DNA of 64,000 nt from Thermoanaerobaculia bacterium (GTDB taxonomy: Bacteria; Acidobacteriota; Thermoanaerobaculia; Multivoradales; Multivoraceae), in assembly GCA_963666565.1 (NCBI GenBank), contig OY762911.1, positions 4,128,001-4,192,000 on the forward strand. The letters are read 5' to 3'. This document shows, piece by piece, positions 1 through 11,912 of this stretch; within the stretch, counting starts at the first letter, position 1, and every line of letters begins with the position of its first letter. A model generated the notes under the pieces. The model saw only the letters and a list, made by a program, of their open reading frames with translations, did not search any database and was not told the DNA's origin. A program made the position numbers and the translations under genes.

Positions 1-338
1 CCGCTGTTCGAGAGAGTCTCGAGGACGATCCTCGCCCGTCGCTCCCAACGGTCGTGCTCCACCTCCAGGCGATACTGGAACGCGTCCCCCTCCAACTCCA
101 CTTCCAGTCGAAAACACTGAACGTCGCGCTGCTCCCATCTCGTAAGGGACGAGGGCGGGAACACACCCCGATCAGTGACCTTGGCTGTGCCTTCGAGCAG
201 TTTCCGCAACGCGTAAACCACATCCAACACCGCCGTCTTCCCCGCCCCGTTCTGACCGACGAGCAACGTCAATTCCTGAAGCTGCAAGTCGAAGTCGACA
301 AGGGACTTGTAGTTGTCGACGTAGATGCTCTTCAACAC
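1..338 (-). CDS. AAA/ABC-type ATPase (AAA_21/AbiEii-like), N-terminal part, runs off window start
   Basis: Not in the ORF track. GTG at 338 preceded by AGGAGG. Reads VLKSIYVDDYKSLVDFDLQLQELTLLVGQNGAGKTAVLD (Walker A GxNGAGKT). Confidence 0.8.
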   Translation of the reverse strand, partial: MLKSIYVDNYKSLVDFDLQLQELTLLVGQNGAGKTAVLDVVYALRKLLEGTAKVTDRGVFPPSSLTRWEQRDVQCFRLEVELEGDAFQYRLEVEHDRWERRARIVLETLSNS

Positions 339-469
339 CGGTGGGTCCTCCTGACGCGTAGCCGCGTCGGCTTGCGAGCCTAGCGGATCGTGCCGCCGCG
401 CCGCCCGCCGGACTCGGGCGGCAGGTTCGATATCAAGGTCAAGACATCCGTGATACCATCCGCGACGTC

Positions 470-1045
470 GTGCCTGTGCCGTCGAACTCGCAGCCGCCAC
501 GGCCCACGAAGTCGGGCCGATTCCTGCTCCGGATGCCGGCAGCGCTCCACGCCGCACTCGATGGAGCGGCCCGATCCGCGGGCCTGTCGCTGAACGAGTA
601 CTGCGTCCGCCGGCTCGCGTCGGGGGGCAGCCGCCATCCCGAGGCAGCCGTGCTCGTGACCCGGGCCGTCGCCGTCGCTGGCGACCGTCTCCGCGCGGTC
701 GTGCTGCATGGCTCCGTGGTCCGGGGCGAGGCGACGGCGGACTCGGATCTCGATGTCCTCGTCGTCGTCGACGGCGGCGTCCGGCTGGACCGCGACCTCT
801 ACAAGGCCTGGGAAGCCGAGTCCCCGGCACCGGCCGATCAACGACCGGTCGACGCTCACTTCGTCCATTCGCCCGGCGAAGACAGCATGAGCGGACTATG
901 GGCGGAAGCGGCAATCGCCGGCGAAGTCCTGTTCGACGTGGACGGCGAAACGTCCGCCCACCTCGCCCGCGCGCGCCACGAGATTGCCGAAGGGCGGCTT
1001 TGCCGGCGCGTCGTCCACGGACAGCCCTACTGGACGGCCGCCTGA
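470..1045 (+). CDS. HicB-like RHH domain fused to minimal nucleotidyltransferase (MNT) antitoxin
   Basis: N-terminal SGRFLLRMPAALHAAL...GLSLNEY (RHH). GSVVRGEATADSDLDV is the NTase GS...DxD motif. Confidence 0.8.
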   Translation: MPVPSNSQPPRPTKSGRFLLRMPAALHAALDGAARSAGLSLNEYCVRRLASGGSRHPEAAVLVTRAVAVAGDRLRAVVLHGSVVRGEATADSDLDVLVVVDGGVRLDRDLYKAWEAESPAPADQRPVDAHFVHSPGEDSMSGLWAEAAIAGEVLFDVDGETSAHLARARHEIAEGRLCRRVVHGQPYWTAA

Positions 1046-1461
1046 TGCGCAATCGGGCTCTGGCGGCCGACTACGTCCGCCGCGCGCGGGCCCGCCTCCC
1101 CACCCTGGACGTACTGTACGAGGCTCGGAGCTGGGCCGACGTCGTCCGCGAGTCGCAGGAAATCGTCGAACTCGGCCTCAAGGGCCTGCTTCGCTCGGTC
1201 GGCGTCGACCCGCCCCGCCTCCACGACGTCGCCGACGTGCTGGAAGCCGAACGGGCCCGGCTGCCGGCGCCGGTGCTCGAACGCCTGGACGAACTTTCGC
1301 AAGCATCCCGCAGCCTGAGGCGCGACCGGGAGCTCGCGTTCCACGGCGCGGAGGATCTGACGCCGTCGGATTTCTACCGGGAGTCCGACGCCTCGGAGGC
1401 ACGGGCGGCCGCCCGCCTCGTCGTGGAGACGGTCGTGCCGTGCGTACCGGACAGTCGGTGA
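1045..1461 (+). CDS. HEPN domain protein (toxin of MNT-HEPN pair)
   Basis: ATG overlaps upstream TGA. Contains VVRESQEIVELGLKGLL, PPRLHDV and RELAFH (Rx4H). Confidence 0.8.
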   Translation: MRNRALAADYVRRARARLPTLDVLYEARSWADVVRESQEIVELGLKGLLRSVGVDPPRLHDVADVLEAERARLPAPVLERLDELSQASRSLRRDRELAFHGAEDLTPSDFYRESDASEARAAARLVVETVVPCVPDSR

Positions 1462-1473
1462 AGCAAGTACCCA

Positions 1474-1640
1474 CAGCGGTCGTCCGCTGGGCTGGCGCGC
1501 AGGGAACTGGTGGTCCCACGGAAGGGGTGGCGATCCAAGTGGTCGCCGCTTCGCGGCGGCCGTGTCTTTCGGAAGCGGACCAGAAGGTCCGCTGCCGCCG
1601 AAGGCGGCCGGAAACTCGCGCCGGCCGAAGGCCGGCACCG
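1474..1640. repeat. Composite REP-like element (module B - hairpin - module A), inverted homolog of 31060-31365
   Basis: Near-identical blocks such as ggtcgccgcttcgcggc...ggaagcggaccagaaggtccgc and tgccgccgaaggcggccggaaactcg occur in reverse complement at 31 kb. Confidence 0.75.
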
Positions 1641-1742
1641 CATCCGACGCGGCGAGTCCATGCAAGCGCCGCCAACGACGACGAGGGCGGCGCGAGACGC
1701 CTTCCCGGCGGGCCGCTCTTCGGCCAGGGTTCCGCTGACCCG

Positions 1743-2864
1743 CTACGGGTACGGGTAGTCCAGATCCAGGAACGGAAAGGCGCCGAGGACGGTCGGAGGA
1801 TCGACCGGCAGGGCGCGGTGGAGGCAGGAGGCGTCGAGTTCGTCCCAGCCGGTGACGCCGAGCAGGCCGAGGCAGGTGACGATCTCGTGTTCGAGGATCT
1901 TGAGCATCCGGACGACGCCTTCGCGGCCGCCGGCGGCCATGGCGATGGCTTCGAGCCGGCCGATGCCGATGGCGTCGGCGCCGAGGACCATGGCCTTCAC
2001 GACGTCGGTGCCGCGCATGAAGCCGCCGTCGACGACGATCTCGGTGCGGCCGTCGACCTCCTTTACAACCTCCGGCAGGGTGTCGAGGGTGCCGCGGGTG
2101 TGGTCGAGTTGCCGGCCGCCGTGGTTGGAGACGTAGACGACGTCGACGCCGTGCTCGCAGGCCAGCCCCGCGTCCTCCGCCGTGGCGATGCCCTTGAGGA
2201 TGAGCGGGATGTCGAACTCGTCCTTGATCCGCTTGACCAGGTCCCAGGTCATCCGGGCCTGGTAGTTGAGCGGCGCCACGCGGGTGGTCGCCTCGCCGAC
2301 CGAGGGCGGCCGCCAGCGCTTGAGCAGATCGCGCTCGCGGCGGCTGTAGACCTGGGTGTCGACGGTGAGGCAGAAGCCGTTATAGCCGGCGGCCTGGGCG
2401 CGGCGGATCAGGCCGCGCATCCAGTCCTCGTCGTCGGCGAGGTAGAGCTGGTACACCTTGGCCGAGCCGGACGCTTCGGCGGTGCCTTCGAGCCCCGGCA
2501 AGCAAACGGAGCTGACGAAGTTCATGATCCCGAAGTCCTCGGCCGCCTTCCCGGCCGTGGCGCCGCCGCCTTCCTCGAACAGTTGGAGCGAGCCGATCGG
2601 CGCCAGGATGACGGGAATGCGGAGGTCGTGGCCGAGCAGCGAACCGCCGGCCTCGACCTTCGAGACGTCGGTCAGCACGCGCGGACGGAAGGCCACCGAG
2701 TCCAGGGCCTGGCGGTTGCGCTTGACCGACGTCTCCGTCTCGGCACCGCCGACCAGGTAGTCCCAGACGTTCCCGTCGAGGTTGCGGCGAGCGGCGACGA
2801 CGAGCTCGTGGAGAGTCAGCGCGTTCCTGGCCGCTTCTCCCGGCGCCAGCGGGTCGGCCTGCAT
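1743..2864 (-). CDS. FMN-dependent alpha-hydroxy-acid oxidase/dehydrogenase (LldD/glycolate oxidase family)
   Basis: Motifs VSNHGGRQLD, LILKGI, DGGFMRGTDVVKA. Start could be 2891. Confidence 0.9.
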   Translation of the reverse strand: MQADPLAPGEAARNALTLHELVVAARRNLDGNVWDYLVGGAETETSVKRNRQALDSVAFRPRVLTDVSKVEAGGSLLGHDLRIPVILAPIGSLQLFEEGGGATAGKAAEDFGIMNFVSSVCLPGLEGTAEASGSAKVYQLYLADDEDWMRGLIRRAQAAGYNGFCLTVDTQVYSRRERDLLKRWRPPSVGEATTRVAPLNYQARMTWDLVKRIKDEFDIPLILKGIATAEDAGLACEHGVDVVYVSNHGGRQLDHTRGTLDTLPEVVKEVDGRTEIVVDGGFMRGTDVVKAMVLGADAIGIGRLEAIAMAAGGREGVVRMLKILEHEIVTCLGLLGVTGWDELDASCLHRALPVDPPTVLGAFPFLDLDYPYP

Positions 2865-3008
2865 GTTCGGGCGTCGTCTGGGGTCGGTCACGGGGGCGCT
2901 CGGTCTCGTTCGGCGGGGACCCTAGCAGCCCCTGGCAGGCTCCGGATGCCGGCGGGGGCGCCGGCGCACCCGGTGTGCGAACGCTCGGTGGACAGGAGCC
3001 GACGCCCG

Positions 3009-3392
3009 ATGGAAGGCTTGCCGCCGATGATCGAAGTCGACCTGCCGCGGTTCGAGTACCTGCTGGCGCGTGCCCTGGACACGCTGCCGCCCGCGTTCGC
3101 GGAGCTGATCGACAACGTCGCCGTCGTCGTCGAAGAGGAACCGAGCGAGGAGGATCTGCGCCTGGTCGGGCTCGACCCGGAGGAGGACGACCTGCTGGGG
3201 CTCTACCACGGCGTTCCGCTCGACGAACGGGGCAGCGGCTACAGCTCGCTGCCGGACCGGGTCGTGATCTACCGCCTGCCGATCCTCTGGATCTGCGAGA
3301 CGGAGGCGGACGTGGTGAAGGAGGTGCGGGACACGCTGGTCCACGAACTCGGTCATCACTTCGGGCTGGGCGACGAGGACATGCCGTACTGA
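3009..3392 (+). CDS. Zincin-like metallopeptidase family protein (DUF1025-like)
   Basis: LLGLYHGVPL...PDRVVIYR...TLVHELGHHFG (HExxH). Alternative start at 3027. Confidence 0.85.
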   Translation: MEGLPPMIEVDLPRFEYLLARALDTLPPAFAELIDNVAVVVEEEPSEEDLRLVGLDPEEDDLLGLYHGVPLDERGSGYSSLPDRVVIYRLPILWICETEADVVKEVRDTLVHELGHHFGLGDEDMPY

Positions 3393-3394
3393 GG

Positions 3395-3538
3395 CTGGGT
3401 GCGCGGGTCTTCCGACCCGCCCAGAGGCGTAGCCGCAAAGCGGCGAAGCCCGGACAGCAGGGCCGCCGGCCACAGGCCGGCGACAGTGCTGGAGGCCGCC
3501 TGCGGCGGCAAAGCGGGTCAGAAGACCCGCGCACCCAG
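3395..3538. repeat. REPIN/MITE-like element: two inverted REP-like hairpins
   Basis: ctgggtgcgcgggtcttccgacccgc (3395-3420) and gcgggtcagaagacccgcgcacccag (3513-3538) form an inverted pair. Confidence 0.75.
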
Positions 3539-3562
3539 CGGTGCGGCTGCTAGGTTCCATTC

Positions 3563-4435
3563 ATGCCGAAGCACCTTCCCTGGCTGGGCATCGCCGGCGC
3601 GCTCGTCGCCGGCGCGCTGATGGCGGCGGCCGGCGGCAGCCGCGGCGTCGAGGTCGGCGGGCTGCCTGCGTTCGCCGTGCTGATCGCCGCCGCGTTCGCG
3701 GTGCAGTGGATCGCCTTCCTTCCGGCCTGGCTCCTCCAGACCGAGCGCTTCTTCGACCTGACCGGGAGCGTCACCTTCCTGGTCGTGACGGGATGCGCGC
3801 TCGCGATCCGCGGCGGCTTCGACCCGCGCTCGCTCGTCATCGCGGCGGCCATCGCGGTGTGGGCGCTGCGACTCGGGCCGTTCCTCTTCCTGCGCGTCCG
3901 CAAGGACGGCGAGGACCGCCGCTTCCGGCGGATCAAGCCCGACTTCCCCGTCTTTCTGATGACCTGGACCCTGCAGGGCCTCTGGGTGTCGCTGACCGCC
4001 GCCCCGGCGGTGGCCGCGCTGCTCGCGAGCGAGGCGACGCCGCCGGACTGGACCCTCGCCGCCGGGCTCGCCCTGTGGGCCGCCGGCTTCGTCATCGAGG
4101 TGACGGCCGACGCCCAGAAGACCCGCTTCCGTGCCGCGCCGGAGAACCGGGACCGGTTCATCGCGTCTGGACTCTGGGCCTGGTCGCGCCACCCGAACTA
4201 CTTCGGCGAGATCGTCCTCTGGATCGGCATCGCCGCGATGGCGGCGCCGGCGCTTGAGGGCTGGCAACTGGCCACGCTCGTCTCGCCGGTCTTCGTCTGG
4301 CTGCTGCTGACCCGGATCAGCGGCGTCCGGATGCTTGAGGCGCGGGCGAACCGCAAGTGGCGCGACGATCCCGGCTACCGGGAGTACGTCCGCCGCACGA
4401 ACACGCTGCTGCCCTTCCCGCCGCGCAAGGCTTGA
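3563..4435 (+). CDS. DUF1295 / steroid 5-alpha-reductase-like membrane protein
   Basis: Multiple TM segments. Motifs GEDRRF, ADAQK, GLWAWSRHPNYFGE. Confidence 0.9.
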   Translation: MPKHLPWLGIAGALVAGALMAAAGGSRGVEVGGLPAFAVLIAAAFAVQWIAFLPAWLLQTERFFDLTGSVTFLVVTGCALAIRGGFDPRSLVIAAAIAVWALRLGPFLFLRVRKDGEDRRFRRIKPDFPVFLMTWTLQGLWVSLTAAPAVAALLASEATPPDWTLAAGLALWAAGFVIEVTADAQKTRFRAAPENRDRFIASGLWAWSRHPNYFGEIVLWIGIAAMAAPALEGWQLATLVSPVFVWLLLTRISGVRMLEARANRKWRDDPGYREYVRRTNTLLPFPPRKA

Positions 4436-5289
4436 CGGCCTGGCAGCACCTGAGGGCGGCGCTCTGCCTCGCCGGCATCACGCTGAATCTGATCTTCTGG
4501 GGGTTCGCTCTGCTCGTCCTGCTGCCCGCCAAGGCGGCGCCGCGGACCCGCCCGTGGTACCGGCGAGTCGCCGCGCGCATCTACCGCGCTGCCGTGCGGG
4601 TCGACAACGTACTGCTGCGGCGGCTCTCCCGCGCCTCCTGGCACTTCCGCGCACTGACGCTCGACCCGGAGCGGCCTCACATCGTCGTCTCGAACCACCG
4701 CTCCTGGGCCGACGTCTTCCTGGTCCAGGATCTCGTCACCGGGCGCGGCCCGATCGTCACGTTCCTGAGCAAGCGCGAACTCGTCTACGTGCCGATCTTC
4801 GGCCTGATCATCCTCGCCTTCGACTTCCCCGTGCTGCGCCGCCGCACGCCGCGGGGCGTCGATGCCGCGAGCCGCCGCGCCGACGACCGCCGGCGGGTGA
4901 CCGAAGCCGCCGCCGCCCTGCTCGACTCGCCCACCGCCATCCTCTCCTTCGCCGAAGGCACCCGCTTCACCGCGGCCAAGCGCGATGCCGGCGACCGGCC
5001 CTACCTGCATCTGTTGCCTCCCCGCGCCGGCGGCCTGCGCGCCATGATCGAGGCGCTCGCCTCGGGCGGCGGCTCGATCGTGGACGTCACGCTCGTCTAC
5101 CCGCGTTCCGCCACCTTCTGGGAGTTCCTGGGCGGCGCCGTGGGGCCGGTGCAAGTGGCATGGGAGACGATTCCGATCGCTACAGTGAAGTCCGGCGAGG
5201 TGCGGGACTGGCTGAACGACCGCTGGCGGCGCAAGGACGAACTGCTGCACCGATCTTTAGGCGAACGCACTAAGATCTGTACTACCTAA
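4432..5289 (+). CDS. 1-acyl-sn-glycerol-3-phosphate acyltransferase family (PlsC/YihG-like)
   Basis: NHRSWAD (HxxxxD) and FAEGTRFT. TTG start overlaps upstream stop. Confidence 0.85.
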   Translation: MTAWQHLRAALCLAGITLNLIFWGFALLVLLPAKAAPRTRPWYRRVAARIYRAAVRVDNVLLRRLSRASWHFRALTLDPERPHIVVSNHRSWADVFLVQDLVTGRGPIVTFLSKRELVYVPIFGLIILAFDFPVLRRRTPRGVDAASRRADDRRRVTEAAAALLDSPTAILSFAEGTRFTAAKRDAGDRPYLHLLPPRAGGLRAMIEALASGGGSIVDVTLVYPRSATFWEFLGGAVGPVQVAWETIPIATVKSGEVRDWLNDRWRRKDELLHRSLGERTKICTT

Positions 5290-5372
5290 GCGAAATGGAA
5301 TAAGATCCCGCGCCGGTCCCGTTCCGGCGGACACGAACAACCACTGCCCCGAACCGCGAGGCACCCGACCCC

Positions 5373-8147
<2,775 letters not shown>

Positions 8148-8294
8148 CCGCTGGCGCGCCGGCCGTGCCGCGGCCTCCAGGCCCGCATCCAAGGCATCGG
8201 AGCGACGCCGCAAGGCGGCGAGCCCGCTTCGCCCACCGCGGATCGCTCACCCGCACGAGGACCGGCGTCCGCCAGTCGGAACGTCGATCCCGGG

Positions 8295-8624
8295 TCAGGC
8301 GAGGACCTGGTTCAGCGCCTCTTCGTGGTAGCCCACGATCAGCGTGCGGCCCACCCGGACCACCGGCGCCCGCAGGTTGCCGGTCGGTCCGAGCATCAGG
8401 TCGGCAGCGCCCGCGTCCGCGGCCGGCACTTCCGTCTGCTTGCGCCCCTTGGCCACATAGAGGGTCTCCGCATCGGCGAGCAACGCCTCCGCGTCGGCCT
8501 TGCCCAGTTTCCGGCTGGCCGGGGTTCTGTCCGCTATCTCCGCGCCGCGTGCGTCCATCAACTTGGACGCTCTCTTGCAGCTCGTTCAGCCGTTGCGGTG
8601 GTAGTACCAATCGACTCTGCTCAT
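8295..8624 (-). CDS. ArsC/Spx-like thioredoxin-fold selenoprotein (UGA read as Sec, UxxC)
   Basis: AAGGAGG RBS, then ATG 8624: MSRVDWYYHRNG-TGA-TSCKRA... continuing in frame into ORF 8295..8561 (GPTGNLRAP...GRTLIVGY). Confidence 0.85.
8551..8570 (-). promoter_or_regulatory. Putative bacterial SECIS hairpin
   Basis: GCGUCCA-AGUUGA-UGGACGC, a perfect 7-bp stem with a G/U-containing loop, starts 15 nt after the in-frame UGA (8586-8588). Confidence 0.65.
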
Positions 8625-8755
8625 CCTGTTCCTCCTTGAACGTGGGTTCCGGCACTCTAGCGCGACTGAAGACCGGGTGCGCCGGCGTCCCCGCCGGCAT
8701 CCGGCGCGAAGCGCCGGCTTTCGGACCTTCTGCCGCGCCAGGGGCGTTGGAACCG

Positions 8756-10231
8756 TCAGGCCGGCGGCGGGTCGACCTCCCAGTCCTCGTTCACCCGCCG
8801 GCCGTAGTACGGGTAGTAGTCCCAGGGCGCGGGAAGGCCCAGGGCCCGCGGATCGCCGGTCTCCGCGAGATGGTCCATCAGGCGACTCCGCAACTGCTCC
8901 AGAATCGGGCGCGACGACGCGTCGCTCGCCAGGTTGTTCAACTGCCCCGGATCGCTCGCGAGGTCATAGAGCTCGTGCTCGGGCCGCGTCCCGAAGGACA
9001 GTTCGGCCGGATGGTCGATTCCGGGCTCGCCCCGCGACTCCATCATCAGCGTCTTCGTCGGCGAGGAGTCGATCTCGCCATAGGGAATGCCCCGGGCGCA
9101 GTCCTTCGCGTTGGGAGAGCCCGACGGCCAACGGGTGGGCTCGAAGTTCCGGATGTAGAGGTGGCTCTCGGTCCGGATCGCCCGGCAGGGGTAGCCCTTG
9201 CCGCCGCGGCGGCAGCCGTCGTGCCGCTCCATCGCGACGAATGCGGCGTCGCGGTCCTGCTCCACACGGCCGCCGGCCGAAGACGTGAGCGTTGGGAACA
9301 GGCTGCTCGCCGTCATCTCCGCCGCCGGCTCGAGACCCGCCGCTTCGAGGAACGTCGGCGCCAGATCGCTGAGGCTGACGAAGTCGTCCACGACCCGGCC
9401 GCCGGGAACGCGGCCTCCCCAGCGAACGGCGAGCGGCACGCGGCTGCCGTAGTCGTACAGGCTCGCCTTGGCCCGCGGGAACGGCATGCCGTGATCGCTG
9501 GTGACGACGACCAGCGTGTTCTCGAGTTCCCCGGTTCGCTCGAGCAACTCGAGCGCGGCCGCGACCCTCCCGTCGAAGCGCTCCACCTCGACGTAGTAGT
9601 CGAGAATGTCGTCGCGCACGATCGGATGGTCGGGAAGATGCGGCGGGACCTCGACGTCGGCAGTGTCCTTGCCGGACTCGCGCCCCGAGCCCGCCGTGTA
9701 CGGCCGGTGCGGGTCGTAGCTGCCGAGCCAGAAGCAGAACGGCTGGCCTTCGTCCCGCGAACCGAGGAACTCCTCGAAGCTCTCGCACCTGTCGCCGGCC
9801 GGGTTCCGGGTCCGGCCGCCGGGCGGCAGGCGTCCCGGCCCCCAGCCCTTCAGCATGTGGCCGATGGCGTAGCCGGCCTGCTCCAGCATCTCCGTGTAGG
9901 TCGCGAACTTCGCCGGCAACGTGCTGTGGATGTTGCCGGCCTCTTCGAGCCGCCAGATCGGCTGGCCGGTGACGAGAGCGCTGCGCGACGGGCCACAGGT
10001 CGGCGCGTCGCAGAAGGCCTGCGGAAAGAGAACGCCCTCCCCCGCCACCCGGTCGAAGGCCGGCGTGCGGACGACCGGGTCGCCTCCCGCTCCGGTGTGC
10101 AGCCAGGACTGGTCGTCGGAGATGCAGAGGAGGATGTTCGGAGCGCCCACCTCCCGAGCCTGCCGCGCGGGCAGAGCGGCCGCGCTCAGCATCGCGGCCG
10201 AGGAGGTCAGGAAGGCGCGCCGTGTTTGCAC
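8756..10231 (-). CDS. Sulfatase (formylglycine-dependent), Tat-exported
   Basis: TRRAFL Tat motif, PNILLCISDD, CGPSRSALVTG (CxPxR), SDHG. Confidence 0.92.
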   Translation of the reverse strand: MQTRRAFLTSSAAMLSAAALPARQAREVGAPNILLCISDDQSWLHTGAGGDPVVRTPAFDRVAGEGVLFPQAFCDAPTCGPSRSALVTGQPIWRLEEAGNIHSTLPAKFATYTEMLEQAGYAIGHMLKGWGPGRLPPGGRTRNPAGDRCESFEEFLGSRDEGQPFCFWLGSYDPHRPYTAGSGRESGKDTADVEVPPHLPDHPIVRDDILDYYVEVERFDGRVAAALELLERTGELENTLVVVTSDHGMPFPRAKASLYDYGSRVPLAVRWGGRVPGGRVVDDFVSLSDLAPTFLEAAGLEPAAEMTASSLFPTLTSSAGGRVEQDRDAAFVAMERHDGCRRGGKGYPCRAIRTESHLYIRNFEPTRWPSGSPNAKDCARGIPYGEIDSSPTKTLMMESRGEPGIDHPAELSFGTRPEHELYDLASDPGQLNNLASDASSRPILEQLRSRLMDHLAETGDPRALGLPAPWDYYPYYGRRVNEDWEVDPPPA

Positions 10232-10432
10232 GGCTTCGACTCTAGCCCGCATGTTTCACCGACGTCCCGCTGCGGCCGCGGATCCGTTCGCCGTAGCGGG
10301 ACCTTCTCCCTCGCGTCGTCTCGACGTAGTGTCGGCTACGCCTGTGCCGCCGCTTCCGGCGGGTGCGCGGACCTTCCGACCCGTCCCCGGGGCGGCGCCG
10401 CCGGTTGCAGGGGAGAGCCCTATAGTAGGGCG

Positions 10433-11860
10433 GTGACTCGACGACCGCCGGCACGCGCGACCGGGTTCCTGTTCGTCGCGGCGCTCATCCTCCTGCCGGC
10501 GCTCGCCGCTTCGCCGCTGCCGGCGCAGGACCGGCCTCCGAACATCCTCTTCATCGCCGTCGACGACCTGAACGACTGGGTCGGGCACCTCGGCGGGCAC
10601 CCGCAGGCCAGGACGCCCAACATCGATCAGCTGGCCCGCCGCGGCGTCTCCTTCGCCAGGGCCTACGCGCCGGCGCCGCTGTGCAATCCGTCGCGGGTCA
10701 GTCTGCTGTCGGGCGTCCTGCCGTCGAAGTCCGGCGTCTACGGCAACGGCGAGACGTTCCGCGAGAAGCTGCCCGAGGCGGTGACCCTGATGCAGCATCT
10801 GAGGGCCAACGGCTACTCGGCGCGGGGCGGCGGCAAGATCTTCCACGGCCGAACCGCCGGCGACCCGGCTTCCTGGGACGACTACTACGCGCCCGAGCGG
10901 CCACGCGGTCCCCGCCACGTCGGCGAACGGCAGAAAGGCGTCCCGGAGTCGGCGTGGGCGCCCTGGGGTCCGCTCGACCTGGACGACTCCGAGATGTTCG
11001 ACGTGCAGGTCGTCGACTGGGCAATCGGCGAGCTGCGGAAGCCGCACGGCAAGCCCTTCTTCCTGGCGTGCGGCTTCACCAAGCCCCATCTGCCCTGGTA
11101 CGTGCCGAGGAAGTACTTCGACATGCACCCGCTGGGCGCTATCGAGTTGCCGGCAACCCTGGACGACGACCGGGACGACCTCCCCGCGTTCGGGAAGAAA
11201 CTCGCGGCGGAGGTGTACGCGGTCTCCGACTCCCGCAACTTCAGCAGGCACGGCGAGGACCACGCGATGGTGCTGAAGCACAACCAGTGGCGCCGGGCGG
11301 TGCAGAGCTACCTGGCGACGATCAGCTTCGTCGACGCCCACGTCGGCCGCCTGCTGGACGCCCTGGACGAGAGCGAGCACGCCGGCAACACGATCGTCGT
11401 GCTCTGGGGCGACCACGGCTGGCACCTCGGCCAGAAACAACACTGGCGCAAGCACGCGCTCTGGGAGGTGGCGACCCGCACGACCCTGATCGTCTCCCTG
11501 CCGGGAGAAACCCGGCGCGGCGCGACCAGTCCGCGCCCGGTCAGCCTGATCGACCTGTACCCCACCCTGGTGGAACTCGCCGGCGTGTCCGCTCGAAGCG
11601 GGCTGGACGGCCAGAGCCTCGTGCCCCTGCTGGAGAACCCGGAACTGGCGTGGCCGCGGCCGGCGCTGACCACCTACGGCCGCGGGAACCACTCCGTCCG
11701 CACGGAGCGCTGGCGCTACATCGAGTACGAGGACGGCGGCCGGGAGCTCTACGACCACGACGCGGACCCGCACGAGTGGACCAACCTGGCTTCGCGGCCC
11801 GAGTACGCCTCCGTGGTCGAGGAACTCGCCGGATTCGTCCCCAGGACGAACGCCAGATAG
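10433..11860 (+). CDS. Sulfatase (iduronate/choline-sulfatase-like)
   Basis: Signal peptide, PNILFIAVDDL, CNPSRVSLLSG, KPHLPW, GDHGWHLG. True start lies inside the long 8165 ORF. Confidence 0.92.
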   Translation: MTRRPPARATGFLFVAALILLPALAASPLPAQDRPPNILFIAVDDLNDWVGHLGGHPQARTPNIDQLARRGVSFARAYAPAPLCNPSRVSLLSGVLPSKSGVYGNGETFREKLPEAVTLMQHLRANGYSARGGGKIFHGRTAGDPASWDDYYAPERPRGPRHVGERQKGVPESAWAPWGPLDLDDSEMFDVQVVDWAIGELRKPHGKPFFLACGFTKPHLPWYVPRKYFDMHPLGAIELPATLDDDRDDLPAFGKKLAAEVYAVSDSRNFSRHGEDHAMVLKHNQWRRAVQSYLATISFVDAHVGRLLDALDESEHAGNTIVVLWGDHGWHLGQKQHWRKHALWEVATRTTLIVSLPGETRRGATSPRPVSLIDLYPTLVELAGVSARSGLDGQSLVPLLENPELAWPRPALTTYGRGNHSVRTERWRYIEYEDGGRELYDHDADPHEWTNLASRPEYASVVEELAGFVPRTNAR

Positions 11861-11912
11861 GGAGCGCCGCGGAACCCGACGCCCGGACACCGTGTGGCAT
11901 CATGCTCCCTTC

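Noticed and set aside
8165-10432. 1231-aa ORF, and similar very long ORFs (984..3392, 21951..25778, 44145..47180, 36649..38478)
   Set aside because: Their N-terminal parts are antisense shadows of real genes in GC-rich DNA; only the C-terminal portions are real CDSs.
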